Shown here one piece after another: positions 60,494 through 64,000 of a DNA stretch of 64,000 bases; within the stretch, counting starts at the first letter, position 1, and each line of letters opens with the position of its first letter. The stretch spans positions 576,444-640,443 of the forward strand of contig JAXHMH010000002.1 of the NCBI GenBank assembly GCA_034521515.1. Direction: 5' to 3'. The notes under the pieces were generated by a model. That model was not told the origin of the DNA, searched no databases, and saw nothing but the letters and a program-made list of their open reading frames with translations. The position numbers and the translations under genes are program-made. The stretch is from Candidatus Saccharimonadota bacterium. Its GTDB lineage: Bacteria > Patescibacteriota > Saccharimonadia > Saccharimonadales > JAXHMH01.

Positions 60494-61198
60494 ATGTCGG
60501 AACAGCAGCAAAAAACTAATCAAAATAAAGAATGGTACAAGCACGGATGGGGTTTAGTAGCTGCAATATTATTATTCCCGTATTTTCTAATTTGGTATGC
60601 TTGGGCTAAGTCAAAGTGGAGTAAGAATGTAAAAATCGCCGTTACTGCAGTGGTCGTAGTTGTGATGCTGCCTATCCTAATCGGTATCGCTACAACAGAT
60701 ACTTCAACAGATACTTCGAGCAATAGCTCACAAGCAAGTAACGAAACTACGCAGGCTGAAAGTGAACCAGCTGAGCAAGAAGAGTCAAATACTACTACCA
60801 TAGATAGGTTATGGGTTGCAGCTGACGAGACTACTGGTCGAAATAATGTAGAAATTAACTTTGATGAAAGTACTGGGACTGCCTTTTTATCGTACTATGA
60901 TGAAAGTTTTTGGGATGAAGAAGACGCAATAGAAACTACTTACACTAACTTTGTTGGTTGGGGTAAAGAAATAGCAAATATTAGTGAAGTAGCCGGCATA
61001 GAAGTTGAGTCAAGAACTGACTTTACCGATGATAGGGGTGAAACGGACGAAGAAATGGCTGTTAAGGTAACTATGTCAACAGAGAAGTTCCTAGATTATA
61101 ATTGGGAGGGGTTGGAATATAAACCAATACACCGTCAGATACAAAGAACGGGCGACTACTTATGCACCCTGCTATACAGTCTAACGTTGTTGACCTAA
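60494..61198 (+). CDS. Membrane-anchored acidic protein (234 aa), hypothetical
   Basis: Two TM segments are followed by an S/T/E-rich linker and a globular part. No motif recognised, and the C-terminal ~25 aa may be out of frame. Confidence 0.55.
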   Translation: MSEQQQKTNQNKEWYKHGWGLVAAILLFPYFLIWYAWAKSKWSKNVKIAVTAVVVVVMLPILIGIATTDTSTDTSSNSSQASNETTQAESEPAEQEESNTTTIDRLWVAADETTGRNNVEINFDESTGTAFLSYYDESFWDEEDAIETTYTNFVGWGKEIANISEVAGIEVESRTDFTDDRGETDEEMAVKVTMSTEKFLDYNWEGLEYKPIHRQIQRTGDYLCTLLYSLTLLT

Positions 61199-61529
61199 AT
61201 GAAGTGTATCTGTTTCTGTAGTAAAGTCTATATAACTTCACACTGCCTATGTTTGAAGATTAAAACCAGTTAAATTATATTATCTGCTAACTGGAATTGT
61301 TCAACAATATGTTTCAGTTTATAATCATCTTGTGCATCAATTGCCGATGTTTGAAATGCGTCAACTATCTTGCACCAAATGGGCCTGAGCAGCATTAGCT
61401 CGGGCTTTTTTGTTACCAACTAAGGTGACGAGGGGGGCTATTTCCGCCCTTATTTCTTGTAACTTCTCGCTCACATTTCGCAATAATTGGAGTTTTTGGA
61501 CACAATTTTTTGCGATTTAGTAACTGTTC

Positions 61530-62009
61530 TTACTTTCCTTTCCTTTCCTTTCCTAATTCTCTATAGAATTTTTCGTCTTCTAATTTTTTTCTGATTCTTT
61601 CAAATTTCTCATCTTCTTCGGCTTTTCCACTGCTCACATAGTTATATTTTGCCCACCCACCAAAAAGGTAGGGCACCCCAAATAATAGGGACACAAATGC
61701 AAACGTGGCAATCTGTTCATTTGATTGAGGTTCATATCCATCATCGGCGTAAGTAATACATCCACCTCGTGGTTCAAAATCTTGTTCAATACATGTCGAC
61801 TGACCAACATTAAATGCAGCGAATAAAGCAATTCCTAGGATGATGAGAACACCAATCCCTAAACGCTTATAAAGCTCAACTAATTTAAGCTCGTTATTAC
61901 TATTGTTCAGCCCGTTTCTACCTATACGATATGCAAAAACGATAATTACTGCGAAGAATATGTACTCCGCAACTCTCCACAATTCGTCTGAGATAACCTT
62001 ATCCATCAA
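61530..62009 (-). CDS. Four-TM membrane protein with a K/E-rich tail (159 aa), hypothetical
   Basis: Called from the hydrophobicity pattern. It is the only minus-strand gene in this island. Confidence 0.55.
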   Translation of the reverse strand: MMDKVISDELWRVAEYIFFAVIIVFAYRIGRNGLNNSNNELKLVELYKRLGIGVLIILGIALFAAFNVGQSTCIEQDFEPRGGCITYADDGYEPQSNEQIATFAFVSLLFGVPYLFGGWAKYNYVSSGKAEEDEKFERIRKKLEDEKFYRELGKERKGK

Positions 62010-62500
62010 TATAAGTATACTCTTTCGAAATTCAACTTGAATGATATTGAATAAATAGCAACACTCAACAATTTCTTGTGTGAATCCCTGTGCTTACCTG
62101 TCTAGTAAATACTCATTATATGGAACTTCCAAAATCTCCCTCCATCTAGCCATCTCATCTTTAATAGTGTGTAAACTTTTACCTAGGTACTGCACCAATG
62201 AAAAACCCGGCCATAGCGCCGGGTTTTTCATTGGTATGTCGCCGACTCAAACCCGTGGCCTCTTCAAAGAAAACTATTGGCCACGGTCACACCGCGATAG
62301 CGCCAGCGGTCGCGGTGTTTTGAGTCCCGTGTCTCGCACCATTCGACTCATTTCATTCGCTCATGGTAAACCATGGGCGTTTTTGTTAGTCGAATGACCC
62401 TGAGCCTGTCGAAGGGCTCATATAAAACCCGTGGCCTCTTCAAAGAAAACGGAACTAGTTTTATCAAAATAGCTTGGTAAGCTATAATTCACTGGTAGCT

Positions 62501-62574
62501 GGCGCGTTGGCCGAGAAGTTAGGCACAGGTCTGCAAAACCTGCTAGACGGGAGCGTTACCCGTACGCGCCTCCA
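62501..62574 (+). tRNA. tRNA-Cys(GCA), CCA encoded, atypical D-arm and T-loop
   Basis: ggcgcgt/acgcgcc acceptor, anticodon loop ctGCAaa, 3-bp D-stem with loop gagaagtta (no GG), T-arm acggg-agcgtta-cccgt (no TTC). Confidence 0.65.
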
Positions 62575-62592
62575 AAACCTAAATATTTCAAT

Positions 62593-62680
62593 GGGCGAGT
62601 GCTGGAATTGGTAGACAGTGCGGACTTAAAATCCGTTGAGTGAATAACTCGTGTGGGTTCAAGTCCCACCTCGCCCACCA
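62593..62680 (+). tRNA. tRNA-Leu(TAA), CCA encoded
   Basis: gggcgag/ctcgccc acceptor, anticodon loop ctTAAaa, long variable arm, T-arm gtggg-ttcaagt-cccac. Confidence 0.88.
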
Positions 62681-62695
62681 ACTTGAAATTGCATG

Positions 62696-62727
62696 ACAGC
62701 TTCCGTGAAATAGCGGAAGCTGTTTTA
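62696..62727 (+). terminator. Rho-independent terminator acagcttccg-tgaaatag-cggaagctgt-tttt
   Basis: Read directly. Confidence 0.75.
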
Positions 62728-62753
62728 ATTTACGACAGCAGGTGTGGTTAAAG

Positions 62754-62818
62754 GGTTCGCCATATCATCCGATATGGTGCCCTGTCGGATGACAGGGCAA
62801 GTCCCACCTCGCCCACCA
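62754..62818 (+). repeat. Double-hairpin plus tRNA-Leu 3'-tail module, copy 3 (tail matches tRNA-Leu(TAA))
   Basis: It reads ggttcgccatatcatccgatatggtgccctgtcggatgacagggcaagtcccacctcgcccacca. Confidence 0.9.
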
Positions 62819-62983
62819 AGAATAAACGACCATACTTGCAGCATGATCGTTTTTTCTTGTATGGCGCCGGGCAGGGGTTCGAAAACAGGGCTACTGCAGT
62901 TGTGAGAGCTACGGAAACATCGTGAATTTACGCTAGTGATGATGTATAATTGAAAGTACATAAATGTAGGGGGATAGTTAAAA

Positions 62984-63544
62984 ATGACAATATGGATTAT
63001 TCTTGGAATTGTTGGCCTGTTGGCTGTATTCCTGATTGCTGTTTATAACAGTTTAGTGAAACTTAACGTTCGCGTTGACGAGGCATGGAGTGACATAACC
63101 GTACAGTTAAAACGCCGGGCTGATCTAATCCCGAACTTGGTTGATACCGTCAAAGGTTACGCCAAGCATGAAAAGGGTGTGTTCAAGGAAGTGACTGAAG
63201 CGCGAAGTGCTGTGGTTAACGCTAGTGGTGTTAAAGAGTCAGCAGAAGCAGAAAACATGCTTACAGGGGCTTTAAAAAGCCTATTTGCGGTCTCTGAAGC
63301 CTACCCAGACCTTAAGGCAAACGAAAACTTCAAACATCTGCAAGAAGAATTGGTAGACACAGAAGATAAGATTCAGGCAGCTCGTCGGTTCTATAACGGT
63401 TCAGCTAGGGATCTCAACACCAAAGTGAAGGTTTTCCCTAACAATCTTTTTGCTGGCATGCTTGGCTTTAAAGAGCGGGACTTCTTTGAAGTAGAAGAAT
63501 TAGAAGCCGCAGCAATTGCCAAGCCAACCGACGTCAAATTCTAA
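62984..63544 (+). CDS. lemA: LemA family protein
   Basis: N-terminal TM, YNSLVKLNVRVDEAWSDI..QLKRRADLIPNLV, AARRFYN. Confidence 0.9.
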   Translation: MTIWIILGIVGLLAVFLIAVYNSLVKLNVRVDEAWSDITVQLKRRADLIPNLVDTVKGYAKHEKGVFKEVTEARSAVVNASGVKESAEAENMLTGALKSLFAVSEAYPDLKANENFKHLQEELVDTEDKIQAARRFYNGSARDLNTKVKVFPNNLFAGMLGFKERDFFEVEELEAAAIAKPTDVKF

Positions 63545-63615
63545 GCATTCGCCCACAGGCGAAAGCTTATAGTTAATAATTGATAGATAATAGTTGAATT
63601 GGAGTGTAGCGGCCC

Positions 63616-64000
63616 GTGTATAGCCAGATTGCTGCTAATAAACGTAAAACCTTCTTGTTAATGTTCTTTTTCGTCGTGCTCGTGGCTGGGCTTGGTTGGG
63701 TATTTGCTCTGTACATGGGAGAGCCAGCAATAACCCCATATGTATTAGCAGGAGCCGGTATCTATGCCTTATTGAGTTACTGGCTTGGGTCGCGTGCTGC
63801 GCTTGCAATGAACGGTGCTCACCAAATACAAAAACGCGATAATCCAAGGTTGTGGCGTATCGTGGAGAACCTTGCCATAACCAACGGTATGCCGATGCCC
63901 AAGGTGTACATAATCGATGATCCGGCGCCAAACGCTTTCGCAACTGGGCGTGACCCAAAAACTGCGTCGGTTGCTGCAACTACCGGAATTTTGGACTTAT
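63616..64000 (+). CDS. htpX: Protease HtpX homolog (M48), 3' end beyond the window; not in the ORF track
   Basis: My own translation from GTG 63616 is VYSQIAANKRKTFLLMFFF..., ending PNAFATGRDPKTASVAATTGILD, a typical HtpX N-terminal half. The minus-strand ORF 63635..63979 is its shadow. Confidence 0.8.
   Translation, partial: MYSQIAANKRKTFLLMFFFVVLVAGLGWVFALYMGEPAITPYVLAGAGIYALLSYWLGSRAALAMNGAHQIQKRDNPRLWRIVENLAITNGMPMPKVYIIDDPAPNAFATGRDPKTASVAATTGILDL

Noticed and set aside
63635-63979. Minus-strand 114-aa ORF
   Set aside because: It is antisense to a plus-strand frame that translates into a clear HtpX N-terminal half (..PNAFATGRDP..). The plus-strand gene is the real one.

Overview
This 64 kb window looks like a small-genome monoderm bacterium, probably a CPR/Patescibacteria (Saccharibacteria-like) lineage. 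That guess rests on compact, mostly plus-strand housekeeping genes, truncated aaRS/UvrC architectures, standard stop-codon usage and CCA-encoded tRNAs.

Most of the window is ordinary core genome: a partial tmRNA, typA, a DEAD-box helicase, trehalase, metG, tatD, cysteine desulfurase, mnmA, alaS, ftsA, ruvX, mltG, obg, sbcB, uvrA, L25, trhO, uvrC, an M24 peptidase, secG, a family-5 SBP, lemA and htpX.

Four regions stand out.

1. 20.99-29.6 kb holds a cluster of exported proteins. Three or four subunit-like paralogs share a C-terminal '..G.Y......A.(P/A)(T/D)F-COOH' strand. Two are tandem, mosaic near-identical copies, one of them broken by a 2-nt insertion. The cluster also has a PapD/DUF916-DUF3324-like protein with a C-terminal membrane anchor and a PKD-domain anchored protein. 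I read this as an undescribed WxL/Csc-like or donor-strand-type surface-fibre system.

2. 14.9-20.9 kb holds an F1-type ATPase operon (b, delta, alpha, gamma, beta, epsilon) with no a or c subunit gene. It is preceded by an exported protein whose C-terminus mimics a c-subunit hairpin (GRNP loop) but lacks the ion-binding carboxylate.

3. 54.6-62.9 kb is a tRNA hotspot with Leu x3, Val, Phe, Gly and Cys. It is full of tRNA-derived repeats: a ~420-bp inverted repeat carrying two tRNA-Leu genes around an FAD oxidase gene, conserved hairpin modules fused to tRNA 3' ends, duplicated 5' halves, and single-gene cassettes bounded by pseudo-tRNA ends.

4. 3.6-4.3 kb is a 750-bp noncoding region with telomere-like GGGTNNA/ACCCTNN heptamer tracts in inverted orientation.

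All calls come from reading the sequence and ORF translations by eye. No database searches or folding programs were run.
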